A stretch of DNA of 64,000 nt. Origin: Octopus vulgaris. Lineage: Eukaryota. The stretch is from the NCBI GenBank assembly GCA_951406725.2, contig OX597834.1, positions 17,112,001 to 17,176,000 of the forward strand, read 5' to 3'. Both the position numbers and the translations under genes were made by a program. Below are positions 51,398 through 64,000 of this stretch, one piece after another. A model generated the notes under the pieces. It was not told the origin of the DNA. It worked only from the letters and a program-made list of their open reading frames with translations, and ran no database searches. The first letter of the stretch is position 1; every line of letters begins with the position of its first letter.

Positions 51398-52217
51398 TTA
51401 AGCTAGCTCCTGCGGAGGGCTAACTGGGTCTGTGACCCAAATCTAAAGAGAGCAATAATAATGCATTTATTGGTACCCTACCAATAAGGTATTACTTTAA
51501 AATTCATTTTAAATGAAAAACTTGTAAGTTCCCAAATTTTTGGAGTTCTTTTAAAATTTGAATTTTCAACTGATAGCATACAACAAATCTTCATCCAGAC
51601 TTGATCCCAATGCTGGATGTTCAAGAACCAAATGAAGGGCAGATTTTCAATCCCAGGCTCATCCTGATTCCAAAAAGGTATATGTCAATGTAGAGCAGGG
51701 GTCCTGGATGAATGGACAGACAGAATTGCACATTTATTATTTATGTATACATGTATACACACACACATGTATACATACACAGAAAAGGCTTCTTGAGTTT
51801 CTCTCGCCAAATCCGCTCAAAAGGCTTTGGTTTGTCTGGGGCTATAGTAGAAGATCCTTACCCAGGGTGCCACACAGTGGGACTGAACCCCAAACTGCAT
51901 GGTTGGGAAGCGAGTTTAACCACACAGCTATACATGTGCCTATATAAATCACATTTGTTTCAATGATGTCTGTACTCTTTCTTGTTCACAGTCCAAACAT
52001 GTACTTTATACATACAGTTAGAAGGCAATTAGTTGAATCACTTGGGTGTTCAGCTCATGATTGTAAGGTTGTGACTTCTGTTCCCAATTGTGCATTTTGT
52101 CCTTGATCAGGACACTTTATTTCTTGTTGCACCACTCAAACTCAGCTAGCAAAAGTGAGTTGTACCTGTATTTCAAAGCCCCAACGTCATGCTGAATCTC
52201 CCAGAGAATTACATTAA

Positions 52218-52438
52218 CCCTTTAGTGTTCACATTATTCTGCCAAAATTAATGCTTTTTCATCCACTTTGTTTTGAACTAATCTTGCATTATCTTGTAGT
52301 TATGAGATTTCGATGAGGTAGCTGTTAATTTTTAAAACAATATTGTAGGGTTGGTGTGAGAGACCAGATCTGGCCAATTTGAACATAAAACAAGCAGAAT
52401 ACTTTTGGCCGGATATGGCCGGTTTAAATGCTAAAGGG
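52218..52438 (+). mobile_element. piggyBac-type MITE, young subfamily, inserted in an older SINE
   Basis: TTAA TSD at 52214-52217 and 52439-52442; near-identical to 10649-10870. Confidence 0.9.
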
Positions 52439-53039
52439 TTAAGGGTAAGCATGTTTGTGGAGCAGGCTATTCCATTGATTGGATCGAATGGAACACTCAT
52501 CATAACCAATGGAAAGCCAGGCAAGTTAGACTAGCTTAGGCTTCTTCCTATCTTTTTTCTCAGGATAAATTCCAGAACTCTGGGTAACTGATGAGGTTAA
52601 TATCTGTATAGTTTACGCAAGGTAATGCAGTTTGTATTTAGTGTTGTATGCCTTGAATATGGATGCAACAATTTTTCGGTCCTTCTTTTTAATTTTTAAA
52701 AAATCTTTATTTCCATGTTCTTTATTCTTTAATATGTCATGTTTGTACTCCACCTGCCTTCGTCTTTTGTTTATTTTCGTAAACCTTCCCGTTATATATA
52801 TATATATATATATATGTGTATGTAATATAATTTTTTTTCTGTATTCTTGAAGAATACAGCAATGTATGACATTTGCCAGGGAACTTTAGCTTCTACCATT
52901 GGAAAATATATTTTTTTATATATTTAAAAGTGATCTTGTAGTAGTTACAGAAAATACAAAGATTGTGTTGAGAATTACAATGAAGTTTTGAGAAAATACC
53001 AAAAAAACATTCAGTGAAAAATATAGCTTTAATGGCAAA

Positions 53040-53497
53040 TGCCAAGAAGAGCTGTATTCTTTTAGGAGTACATAAAAGAAATATATCAGGAAGAAAAAGA
53101 ATATCTGTATCTACAATTAACTTGAAAACAACCAATGTGTCTGAATTGAGTTTGCCCAGGAACATAAGAATTGGACTTCATCAGGTTGGTCAAAAGTCTT
53201 GTGATCAGATTAGTCCAAATTCAATTTGTTCAGCTTCATTGATCTTTTGTTCATGTAACAGAGTGACTATACATAGAAGATTAGAATTTTACCCGGAGTG
53301 CATGAATTAGACAGTTTATCATGGGGGTGGCAACAATTTCATGGTTTTGGGACAGCATCTGGGGAAAAAAGGGATCAGTCCCAAACATGAGATCAAGGGC
53401 ACCATGAGCAGTATAGCCCCTCTGGAGATCTTAGAGAGCTTTACTTTCATATGCCATAAGTCATTTGGGCCAGTCATGAATTTTTCAGTATGATGGC
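53040..53497 (+). pseudogene. Decayed Tc1-family (DD34E) transposase fragment
   Basis: From 53148: EFAQEHKNWTSSGWSKVL*SD*SKFNLFS (Tc1 motif FA..H..WT...W..VLWSDESKFNLF). From 53311: TVYHGGGNNFMVLG (TVKHGGG..MVWG). Near 53480: IFQYDG (IFQQDN). Contains stops and frameshifts and is truncated by a SINE at 53508. Confidence 0.85.
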
Positions 53498-53507
53498 CTT
53501 AAGTTTG

Positions 53508-53837
53508 GAGACCCCCTTCGGTCACGACACAGACCATGGGATTGCACCTAGAAAGTTACCCTCCTAGACACAAGTCCGGGCGAGGTTGTTTATGGAAGAC
53601 CAGCAGTCGCCCATGCATACCAGCCTCCCCTCTCCACGCCACCAGTGTTATCCAAAGGAAAGACAAAGGTCGATACAGCTTGGCACCAGTGACGTCGCAA
53701 CTCATTTCTACAGCTGAGTGAACTGGAGCAACGTGAAATAAAGTGCCTTGCTCAAGAACACAACACGCAGCCCAGTCCGGGATTCGAGCTTACAACCTCA
53801 CGATCGTAAGCTCGACGCTCTAACCACTGAGCCATGC
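53508..53837 (-). mobile_element. tRNA-derived SINE family B, young copy
   Basis: Reverse complement of 1743-2080 along its length, with CpGs retained. Confidence 0.9.
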
Positions 53838-56800
53838 AAGATTAACCATGAAATTTCACTGAAGGCAAGAAAATGTGAATGCTACAGTGACCAGAACAAT
53901 TAAGTTATGGATGTGTAAACAAAAATCACCAGTTGTCAAGAGGTATTTGTTGACAAACATGCACACATTGTGCCACATAACTCTGAACCACATGATTCAA
54001 AGTGAGTTTTTAACCTCTCAGCCATGTGATGATGAAGCTTACAGATTCAGTGTCTCATATGTATGATCTGATTTTGAGATATTTCAGATTACCTAACCAA
54101 GTATTAGTATAATATGATTTCAGTCTTCTTGATCTGTTATACATACTTCCCATTTTGTTAAAGGAAAATGGCTTAAAAAATGACTTTAGCCTGTGTTCCT
54201 TTTTATAGTGTTGCTTAGTCACTAATTACATTAGTCTAATTTAAAATTTTCATATTTAAACTAACAGCATTTAAATGAAGAAAAAAATAGTCTCTTTCTA
54301 TTTGTATACAGTTTGAATCATCAGTAATCAATAACTGTAAATAGTTAGGATTTAATCATCAATTTACTCTCATCTTTAATCTGCGTGACGTCACTGTCAC
54401 TATGTCCTTATATATACTTTTGATGTGTCGTATCTGTTGAGTAGAGTTTGTTAACCTTTTGGTACCCCACCCTCCCCAACCAAGTGTATCATATCCTTAC
54501 ATCTATATATGTTTATCTAATATATGTGTAAATATGTACACAAGTGTGCATCATATTAACATTGGACTGTTAATTAATGTCTACATGTTTTGCATTAAGG
54601 GTTGAATTTTTATACAGGTCACTAGAATAACAAATGTGTGACTGGAAACTAGTGACAGATATATAAAAAACGTCAGTTCTTGTTTTGACTTCTATAAAGA
54701 TCATTACCATTTTTATCTTCCTACTAGCTACACCCACCCTTATATAATACGGAGTAGCCATGTATTATCACTGTAGCAAGATGCTTGTGCTTGTCCATCT
54801 GTCATACTTTGGTCACTCAAAACCTGGTATAAAGCTACCACCTCCTCCCAAATACCCCTACCATATAGTTGTGGTCTTTTCCCTCTGTTCTTTTCTGGTC
54901 TTATACATCACTACCAACTTTGCAACCTCACAAATGCTGGTAATTATTCATGTTGCTCCAGTTCACTCAGCTGTAGAAATGAGTTGCAGCATCACTGGTG
55001 CCAAGTCGTATCAGCTTTGCCTTTCCATTGGATAACATTGGTGGTGTGTAGAGGGGAGGTGACTGCTGGTCTTCCGTAAACAACCTCGCCTGGACTTGTG
55101 CCTCGGAGGGGAACTTTCTAGGTGCAATCCCTTAGTCATTCATGACTGAAGGGATTCTTTACCCATTTATATAAATATATAATATATGCATATCTCTATG
55201 TTTCAGAATTAGGGCTTTTTGATGCTTCCATCTACCAAATTCACTTACAAAGTACTGGGTGGTTTGGGGCCATAGAAGACATCTACCCAAGGTGCCATGT
55301 AGTGGGATTGAAATCAAGACTATAAGGTCATAAGTCAAACTTCTTAACTGTAGTACCATGCCTGTACCAATATTGGGAAACATGTCTTCCTTGAAACTTT
55401 AGATTTTCCTTCCCTTTGAAGCACACCCATGCATTCCATAGTGTGTGTGTGTACATTAGATTTTCCATATCACAACATATCTTCATACCTTACTTATATA
55501 GATAATGTTTTGCTGAACTGTTAACACAGATTACTACAAATTCTAGCCTTGTTGAATTCTAGTGTAGTTATACCAGATTTCAATGGTTTTTTTAGGCTTT
55601 GAGAAAGAAAACTGCCAAATGATAGGATGGATGAATCAGAAAGGCAGTTTTTCAGACTTGTCCAGCATCCCGTCAAGCTTTGAAAAACAGATGTTAAACT
55701 ATTCGTGATGGTAATGATAATAAATAGTAGAGGAGTAAATGGATTTGTAGATGTTTGCTTTTCTGTTAAAAAATAAACAAAATTTTCACAAAACAGAACA
55801 TTCTACCATGGTAAGAATGCATAAAGATTCTGTAGAAAGGAACCAAAACATGTATAGCATTTTCTGGTAGGTAAATTCAATTTGGACTTCTCTCTCTCTC
55901 TCTCTCTTGCTTGCTCTCATTTGCTTAACCATGTGAAATAGATATAGTGAGAAAATATCTGTTAGTGATGCAGTAGATTGATTCTTACCTTCCTTTTCAT
56001 CATCATCATCATCATCATTTACTGTCTGCTTTCCATGCTGGTATGGGTTAGATGGTTGGACTGAAACTGGTAAACTGGAGGGCTGCGCCAGGTTCCAGAT
56101 CTCATTTGGCATTGTCTCTATGGCCGGATGTCCTTCCTAACACCAACTCCTCCAATAGTGACATTGGCCACAGCTATGATCTTACTTGCCTTGATAGGTC
56201 TTCTTAAGCTCAACATTTCGCCAAAGGTCTCAGTCACTAGTCATCACCTCTGTGAGGTCCAACATTTGGTGGATGCTTTCTATGTGCCAGTTACGTGACA
56301 CCAGCATCAGCCATGACTATGATTTCACTTGGCTTGATGGGTCTTCTCAAGCATGGCATATTGCCAAAGGTCCTGTTATTGCCTCCTTGAATCACATTGT
56401 TCAAAGATCATGCTTCACCACCTCATCCCATGTCTTCCTGGTTCTACCTCTTCCACAGGTTCCCTCCTAGTAAAGCTGCAGGTACTCTCATACAAGATAC
56501 ACAATGAACATGGTTCTTCAAGATTGTCTTAGAAAAGTCTTATTCTTGAAAAGATCAATTCCCCCCTGCTTCCCCTTCCTTTTTTTGTTCTATTACAAAG
56601 TGGTGGGCTGGTAGATCAACCTGGTAAAGGGGTAACAGGTTCAATAACCAACAAATCAACCTATAGCTACTCTTGAGTCCTGATAAACTTTTAGCGGTCA
56701 GATTACTCTATCAAATGTGATGCATTGTTTCGAATTAATCATGCATTATCTTGTAGCTTTGACATTTCAGTGATGTGATTGCTTAGTTTTACAATGACAT

Positions 56801-59800
56801 TGTTAGGTAGGTGTGGAAGACCAGATCTACTCAGTTTGAACATAAAACAGGAAGAACGCTTTGGGCCAGATGTGGCCAGTTGAAATGCTAATGGGTTAAT
56901 ATGTACAATTACATTTGCTCTTTTTGTGAATGAAAGATCTGAAAGTCTGAAAGATCTTTCTCAGTAAACATTAACTTTTTGGCATTTAAACTGGCCATGT
57001 TCATCCCAAAATTATTTGGTTTTATATTCAAACCAACCAGATCTGGCCTCTTACACTTGCCCTGTGCTGTCATCACATCCATCAAAATCTCTAAGCTACA
57101 ATATGATGCATGATTAATTTAAAACAATGAGAATAAGCATTGCATTTGACAGAGCAATCTGAATCCTAAAGGGCTAATGGTTAGTTGATCTTCCCTTTAC
57201 AGTAAAGAGATACTTCAGTCTTGAGTAACTACTCAAAGCTCAATCTCCTGCTATGGCATGAATACTTACTGCTCATTTATTTGGAATGATGCATAATCTC
57301 CAGCTTTCTTGTCACTTAATCTGCTTTCTATCATCTGATTGGTCATTAACCCTTTAGCGTTCACATTATTCTGTCAAAAATAATCCTTATTTATTCATAA
57401 GTTTTGAATTAATCTGGCGTTATTTTGTGGCTTTGAGATTTTGATAGAGTATCTGTTAAACTTTTAAAATCCTATTGTGGGGTAGGTGTGAGAGGCAAAA
57501 TCTGGCCAGTTTCAACACAAAACAGGTAAAATCCTCTCCTCCTGAATTAAATTTTTTTTTGTTGTTGTTTGGCTAGTTGGAGAAGGAAGGGTGGCATTCA
57601 TGACCCACTTAGGTTCATGGGGAGAGGAAGAGTAAGGAACCACATACCACGGGGCCACTACAGTAGGAAGTAGTGCATTGAAATATCAAGTTATCCATGG
57701 ACTGTAGATCTGGTCTGATTACTTAGAACACTGTACTTTCTGTTAAAGGTATCCAATGACCAGATGAGAGTTAAATTGAGCAATGAAGTAGGTTTACTAC
57801 ACTAGTTTATCATAATACTATGTTTACTTTGGCGTCTACTCTCACTCCACAACTCTGTTTTTCCAGAACTTGTTGGTTCCAGCAACCCCTTTGTTAGAAA
57901 ACTTACCCATTATGAGCCAGTGAGATAGTCGCTATGTGGTAGCTTGATCTGCTTTGAATAGGAGCCAATTCTTCTTTGAATCCCATTTCGCCATCTTTTA
58001 AGGATGCATTGGGTAATGTAGTATAAAAGCCACTACATCTGTTATCTTTGAATTGTTTCAGTCTTTAGACTGTGACCATGCTGGGGCATTGCCTCGAAGG
58101 GTTTAGTCGAACAAACCAACCCTAGTACTTATTCTGCTAACCGCTAAGTATGGCTATGTAAACACACTGATACCTGTTGTCAAGTGGTTGTATGGACAAA
58201 TACATCACAAAGATACACACATACACATAATGGGCTTCTTTCTGTTTCCATCTACCAAATCCACTCTCAAGGTGCAGTAGTAGAAGACACTTGATCAAAG
58301 TGCTGCAGAATGGGACGGAACACAAGACCACATGGTTAGGAAACAGGCTTTTCAACCACACAATCATACCTGCACCTATGAACAAAACAAGAAAGTCTGT
58401 TTGGTTAAGTTTGTAATGTCTTTGATCATTAGGTTTGTTCAATACTGGCTGACCTGGGGTTATACTATTGCTTACTCATTACACTTGCCTCTTTATTATT
58501 TCTCCTTCTGTTATGCTTCTCTCATTAATTAAAATACATGAATTATCATACTCATCATTGTTTAATTCTGAGTAACACTTGCCTTATGTACTTCCTTCAC
58601 TTATCTTCTATAATTATGTATTATACAGTATCATGCGTTATCCTCCATCTCTAATTTCTATGATTTAAACAATACTAAATTCGCCAATCCCTGATTGTGC
58701 ACAGTAGCCCTTCCCCTAAAGACAAGAAAATCATAAAAATGAATCTCAATGTCTCTTTGTGTACGTACTGTACATATTCGCTGCCTCAACCTTGTCCTTA
58801 AATGATAGTATAGCGGTTTGTTGTCTGATAACATTTAACATATGCCTGTATATACATAATGTTCTCCTTGACCTGTTTATACCTAAATGGATAAAGTCAT
58901 TGACTGGGTACATGAAGGACACTCACAATTGGTTGTTTTTCTGACTTAATGTAAAAAAGTGGCATAGCCAGCATCCAACATGACGGTAATTTTTCTTTCC
59001 TTTTTAAAAGTTCTTTTTTTCTTGCTTTTAGTTAAAATGAACGTTCTAATGTGATTTGTCAATAGTTCATATAAGTGAACATTATGAGAAACTTATTTAA
59101 ATAATTTATTTCCACTATTAGCCTTTTTATTACTATATGTCGAATGAAAATGTAGATCGTTTCAGTTTTAATTTGAAAATAATTGGAAATTTGGAAAAAA
59201 ATATCTCTCTTAGTAAGCTTGCATTTTTCCTGCTCTTTGTATTCTTAGTTCAAATTCCACTGAGGTCAACTTTGCTTTTCAACCAGTGTTGGTGTGTTTA
59301 TGCCCCTGTAACTTAGTGGTTTGGCAAAAGAGACTGATAGAATAAGTAATGGGCTTAAAAACACAAAAACAGTAAGTACTTGGGTCGATTCATTTGATTA
59401 AAAATTCTTCAGTGTGGTGCCCCAGCATGGCCACAGTCTAATGACTAAAACCATTAGAAGGTAATCCAACACCATTGCAAGCGATGGTGGAGACAAACAC
59501 AGTACAAAGACACACACATATATGATGGACTTTTTCACAGATTCCATGTACTGAATTCACTCATAAGGTGTTTGTTGGCCTTGGGCTATAGTAGAAAACA
59601 CTTGCCCAAGGTGCTGGGCAATGGGACTGAATTCAAAAGCATATGGTTTGCAAAGTGAGTTCCTGAACCTCACAGCCAGTATATCATATTCTTACCTCGG
59701 TAAGCTGTAGTGTCATTGTATAATCCATGCATGTTTGTTATGTACATTGTTGGTTTTCTTATGAGCAACACTTTACTTAGCTTAGTTATGTCCTGTGATG

Positions 59801-60491
59801 GTGAAAGAGAAGCCACGTTGATGATTCGACCATCACTATTACTCTTAATTCCAATACTATTTTCGTGTTGCACTGTGCTGTTTCATCAGAAAACCGCATG
59901 AAATATTATTTGCCTGAAGAGGGTGGCATTATTAAGGACAGTATTAGTGGGGTTTCCTATAAGACTTGAAACCTGAGATCACAGTGTTTGAGTTTTGTCT
60001 ATGAATCATAATTTTTTGTAAGTTAGTAAGCAGAATGCACTGAAGTCATAGTCAAGTTTGAAAATAAGTCTTGAATAAATAAGAAAAAAGTGTTTTGGAT
60101 TACTGACTCCATGTGTTAAAACTATTTCATGATACATTTTTTTTTATATTTAAAAACTATTTTCTTTCTTTAGTTTAAAAACTATTTCCTTTCTTCAGTT
60201 TTTGGGAGATAGTTTAAATAAATTAATAAGAATGTATTACGTTATTGTTGTTGTTTTTTTTTTGTGAATAAGCATAGGCATGGTTGAGTGGTAAGAAGTT
60301 TGCTTCCCAACCACATGGTTTCAGGTTCCATCCTAATGCATGGCACCTTGGGCAAGTATCTTCTACTGTAGCTTCAAACTGAGGAAAGCCTTGTAAGTGA
60401 ATTTGGTAGATCAAAAAGAAGTCCATTGTGTGTTGCCGATTTTTTTTTTTTTTCCCCTCCTTCCTTTTCCTTTGGACTTTGCTATGTTTCC

Positions 60492-60528
60492 TGTTTCTGA
60501 AGATGAACTATGCTCGAAATGTAAAACA
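60492..60528 (+). ncRNA. Minimal type-I hammerhead ribozyme motif (Penelope-like element type)
   Basis: Stem I tgttt/aaaca; intact CTGAAGA at 60497-60503; stem II gaac-tat-gctc (one mismatch); GAAA at 60516-60519; TGTA (probably ancestral CGTA) with GUA cleavage triplet. Followed by a pyrimidine-rich element tail. Confidence 0.6.
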
Positions 60529-60636
60529 ACCACTCTTTTCCTTCTCTGGGTGTCTTATTAATACTTTGTATGTGCTACATCCTCACGTTGTGTTTTTTTT
60601 TTCTTGTCTTTTCCTCTATTTTTTGAATTACACACA

Positions 60637-60674
<38 letters not shown>

Positions 60675-61240
60675 GGTAAAAAATTAAGGAGTGCAGGGGT
60701 TACATAACTGATATTTTCAAGATTAAATAAAAAGACAACAAACGGAAAATATGACCTACTTATATATATATATAATTAAAAAATAACAATTATATATATA
60801 TATATAATTAAAAAAATGTGTAGTAAATGAACATATACTAAATACACAGACAGACAGAAAACACAGAAGGTCACCAATTCTTCATCAGTTATCGGTCTGA
60901 GAGTCAATGTGTGTGTGTGTGTGTATGTGTATATTTGTACACATACATATGTATATGTGCACATGTGTTACTGTCGACTTGCCTTGCATGATAGTTGTAA
61001 GTACATATCACTGCCATGCAAGCAGTGTTCTTCATCTCCAATCATCAGAGATGCGTCTTGTTACCGGGAAACATTACCTCACTCGATAACAGGAAGGGCA
61101 TCTGACTGTAGAAAATCAACCTCAACAAACTCTGTCCAATCCATGCTGGCTTGGAAAAGTCGATGTTAAAATGCTGCTGAGAAGGATAATGAACTTGTGA
61201 GATCTTAACATAGAACAGTAAGGTACTGAACTAGTTACAA

Positions 61241-61514
61241 CAGGGGTTATCAATCATTTTTTATCTACAGACCCCTTTGAATACTATTTTATTCTGATGG
61301 ACCCTCATATCCATTCAATGTTTAAAAACTAGTTTTATAGAAATGGTTTTCAAATTTATTTTGTTTTTCACACATTAACATGTGTAGGTTGATTTTTAGG
61401 GGTCCTTCAAATTCTATTGTGGATCCCTAATTTACTATTTATTTTGTTATATGGACTCCCAAAAATCTTATATAGACTCTTAGGGGCCATTTGGACTCCA
61501 GTTGAGAACCACTG
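61241..61514 (+). mobile_element. hAT (Charlie-like) MITE
   Basis: TIRs caggggttatcaa/ttgagaaccactg; degenerate 8-bp TSD agttacaa/agttatag; another 3' fragment at ~63800-63896. Confidence 0.8.
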
Positions 61515-62214
61515 AGTTATAGTGATGCATTCAGTCTAGTGTCTGGTTGTCTTGGTTACTTCCACTGCCATCAAGATAGTAAATATTAGTGAAATGTAAT
61601 CTAGTTTGGCCTATATCTTGCTTATTTTTTAGTAACGTTAATTTGATCATTTCCAGGAATATTCCTTTCGAAAACATCCGTTATATAACATTTCAAGTGT
61701 AACCTATACTAAATATCATGTGGGTTTGCTTGCTCTACTTGTACTGCTCCTATAGTTGTATTATTTTCCTCCCATCAGCACCCAAATATGTTCGAATTTC
61801 TCAGAATTCACTGCAACTGTACTGAACATTTTACCCAATCGTTATTGCATTCTGGAACTCCATTACTCTTCCTACTGCTTTTTAAATTGAGTTGGGTCAT
61901 CAGGACACCTCTGAAATGCTTACTAATGAGACATTCATGTTAACTCCACAGCTGCTTCGTTTAGTTTCTCTGTATTGTGTTGATAATTATTTACAGGGAA
62001 ATATGCATTTGGCCATTTGAGAGATGAGTGTCTTGGCGAGCTGTGTGGTAATAACTTGATTCCCAGTCACATGGTTTTGGGTTCAGTGGTACTGTGTGAT
62101 CACCTGACAAGTGTCTTCTTCTATAGCCTTGGGCCAATCAAAGCCTTGTAAGTGGATTTGGTATATTGGAACTGAAAGAAGCCTGCCGGATGTGAGTGTG
62201 TGTGTGTCGATGTA

Positions 62215-62446
62215 CAGAGTGGTCCAAAAGTAGGTTTACAGTTATTTAACTATCTCTTTTGTGTTCATATATTAAGAGTTTAGATCTTAATTATAAAAAA
62301 ATATGAAACCATTATTCTATGCTAATTTAGTTATAATTTTGTCGAGCTCCATTTTCAGTTTGTAAGATAGAAATTTAAATGTAATGTTTTAAAAGAAATT
62401 TAAAATGCCTGTGTGATAACTGTAAACCTACTTTTGGGCCACCCTA
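62215..62446. mobile_element. Tc1/mariner-superfamily MITE
   Basis: ~31-bp TIRs cagagtggtccaaaagtaggtttacagttat / ataactgtaaacctacttttgggccacccta, with TA on both sides. Confidence 0.85.
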
Positions 62447-63048
62447 TATATATATACGCACACATATGGCTTAATGGTTAAGGTTTCCAGCTAATGATTG
62501 TAAGGTTGTGAGTTTGCGTCCCAGCAGCACATTGTAGCTTTGAGCAAGACATTTTATTTCACATTGGTCCACTCCACTCAGTTGGCAAAAATGAGTAGTA
62601 CTTGTATTTCCAAGGGCCATCCTTGTTACATTCTGTGTCACACTAAATATTCCTGAGAACTATATTTGAGGGTCCACATGTCTGCGGAAACTTCAACCAC
62701 TTGCATGTTAATTTTATAAGTAGGCTGTTCTACTGATTGGATCAACTAGAACATTCATTCTAACTGAAGGAATGCCAATCACACACACACGAGATAATCA
62801 GGTAATCATCTCAGCAGCACTTCATGCAGAAACCTGGCTAGCAAAGTGTTTGAATAGCAACATAAAGGTTACACCTTTTGATTAACTAAAGAATGATTAC
62901 TTTGTACTGTGGTCAATTATTAAAGAAGCACTCTGCCAATCCAAGGAATCCATATCAAATTGAAGAAAAGAGTCTGTGTGTATATAGATATATACTCCAA
63001 TGTGGCCACAACCTTAGGGCTGAAATGTACACACACTGGTATTTATTG

Positions 63049-63211
63049 TTGTGAGTTCTAATTCCGCCGAGGTCGACTTTGCCTTTCATCCTTTCGGGGT
63101 CGATAAATTAAGTACCAGTTACGCACTGGGGTCGATGTAATTGACTTAATACCTATGTCTGTCCTTGTTTGTCTGCTCTGTGTTTAGCCCCTTGTGGGTA
63201 ATAAAGAAATA
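63049..63211 (+). mobile_element. Young 5'-truncated family D SINE with an alternative 3' tail
   Basis: 11-bp TSD ggtatttattg at 63038-63048 and 63212-63222; CpGs intact; ends agccccttgtgggtaataaagaaata. Confidence 0.9.
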
Positions 63212-64000
63212 GGTATTTATTGCTAAGGTTTTAATTTAAAGTGTTAATAAGTACTAATTTGGGGAGCTATTAATTTATCTCTTCATATTCTTGGGGGGGG
63301 TAATGTTCATCATAAATATTGAATTAAAGTGAGATTCATGGCTGTTTTAAACAGCAGTTGAATTTGTTTTGGGGATGAGGTGGGGTGGCTAATGAATTAT
63401 CTATGAAGCGAGATGCTTGTGGAGAATGAGTAATGACAAATGCTTTGTACTGTACTTGGTATCACGGTTCCCTGACGAGTCCCATCAATTAATCTGTTGT
63501 TTTTTTTTTTTGTACCAAATTTATATATATATATAGATGCAAGTGTATCTGTGTATTAAGAAGCTTGCTTCCTAACCACATGATTCCAGGTCAGGTTCCT
63601 CAGGTTGGCCAAAGCCTTGAGTGGATTTGGTCAAGCACTGGGGTCAATATAAATGATTTACCCTCTCTCCCCAAACTTGCCGGCCTCGTGTCAAAATTTG
63701 AAACCAATTAGGTTAATTGATACTCAAAATTTAAAACCAATTAGGTTGATTGATACTGAAAGAAGGGGAAAAAGGTTTAGAGTGAGGGCATAACATTTTA
63801 AAATACTACTGTGGACCCAATTTTGCATGAGTGGACCACCCCTAAGATCTTATATGGACCATAAGGGGTGATATGGACTCTGGTTGAAACCCACTGAATT
63901 ATGGTTTTAATGACAACAGAATGATGCAGGAGTGTCCGGTTATATGTGGGTGTGCATTGCATGCATGAGGGTACATGTGTATGTAGCATATATGCATATA

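Noticed and set aside
53014-53310. 98-aa ORF as an intact gene
   Set aside because: The Tc1 motifs lie in a different, stop-interrupted frame; this ORF is incidental.
61520-62020. Possible coding exon or LINE relic in complex sequence
   Set aside because: The minus-strand frame I translated has multiple stops, the ORF track lists nothing here, and there is no motif I can name with confidence.
63472-63500. CTGACGAGTCCC, a classic hammerhead start
   Set aside because: No complementary GGAC-GAAA follows, so the fold cannot form.

Overview
This is eukaryotic, AT-rich, microsatellite- and repeat-saturated DNA. The SINE families and microsatellite load point to an octopus (coleoid cephalopod) genome; this is an inference, not a database result. 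Almost all entries in the ORF track are artefacts of microsatellites or SINEs. The real structure appears to be a head-to-head gene pair around a ~350-bp bidirectional promoter at ~40.95-41.3 kb, inside a ~14-kb CpG-retaining domain. The minus-strand gene has a TATA-preceded, uORF-rich non-coding first exon (40814-~40958) and a second exon (34733-34876) encoding a signal-peptide-like N-terminus that ends in a phase-1 intron, with no further coding exon recognisable in the remaining ~34 kb. The plus-strand gene has an ETS/YY1-type first exon ending at 41391 and no confident coding exon in the window. The rest is intronic: at least five SINE families, piggyBac-, hAT-, mariner/Tc1- and Helentron-type non-autonomous elements, CR1, RTE and Tc1 coding relics, and several tandem arrays. 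The most unusual signals are minimal type-I hammerhead ribozyme motifs (29931-29982, 60492-60528), a ~340-bp palindrome with two back-to-back tRNA-like Pol III heads (11169-11506), and a short ORF resembling a Maverick/Polinton protein (46008-46268). I found no convincing wholly new multi-gene system. Repeat boundaries are read by eye and are approximate unless a target-site duplication (TSD) is given.
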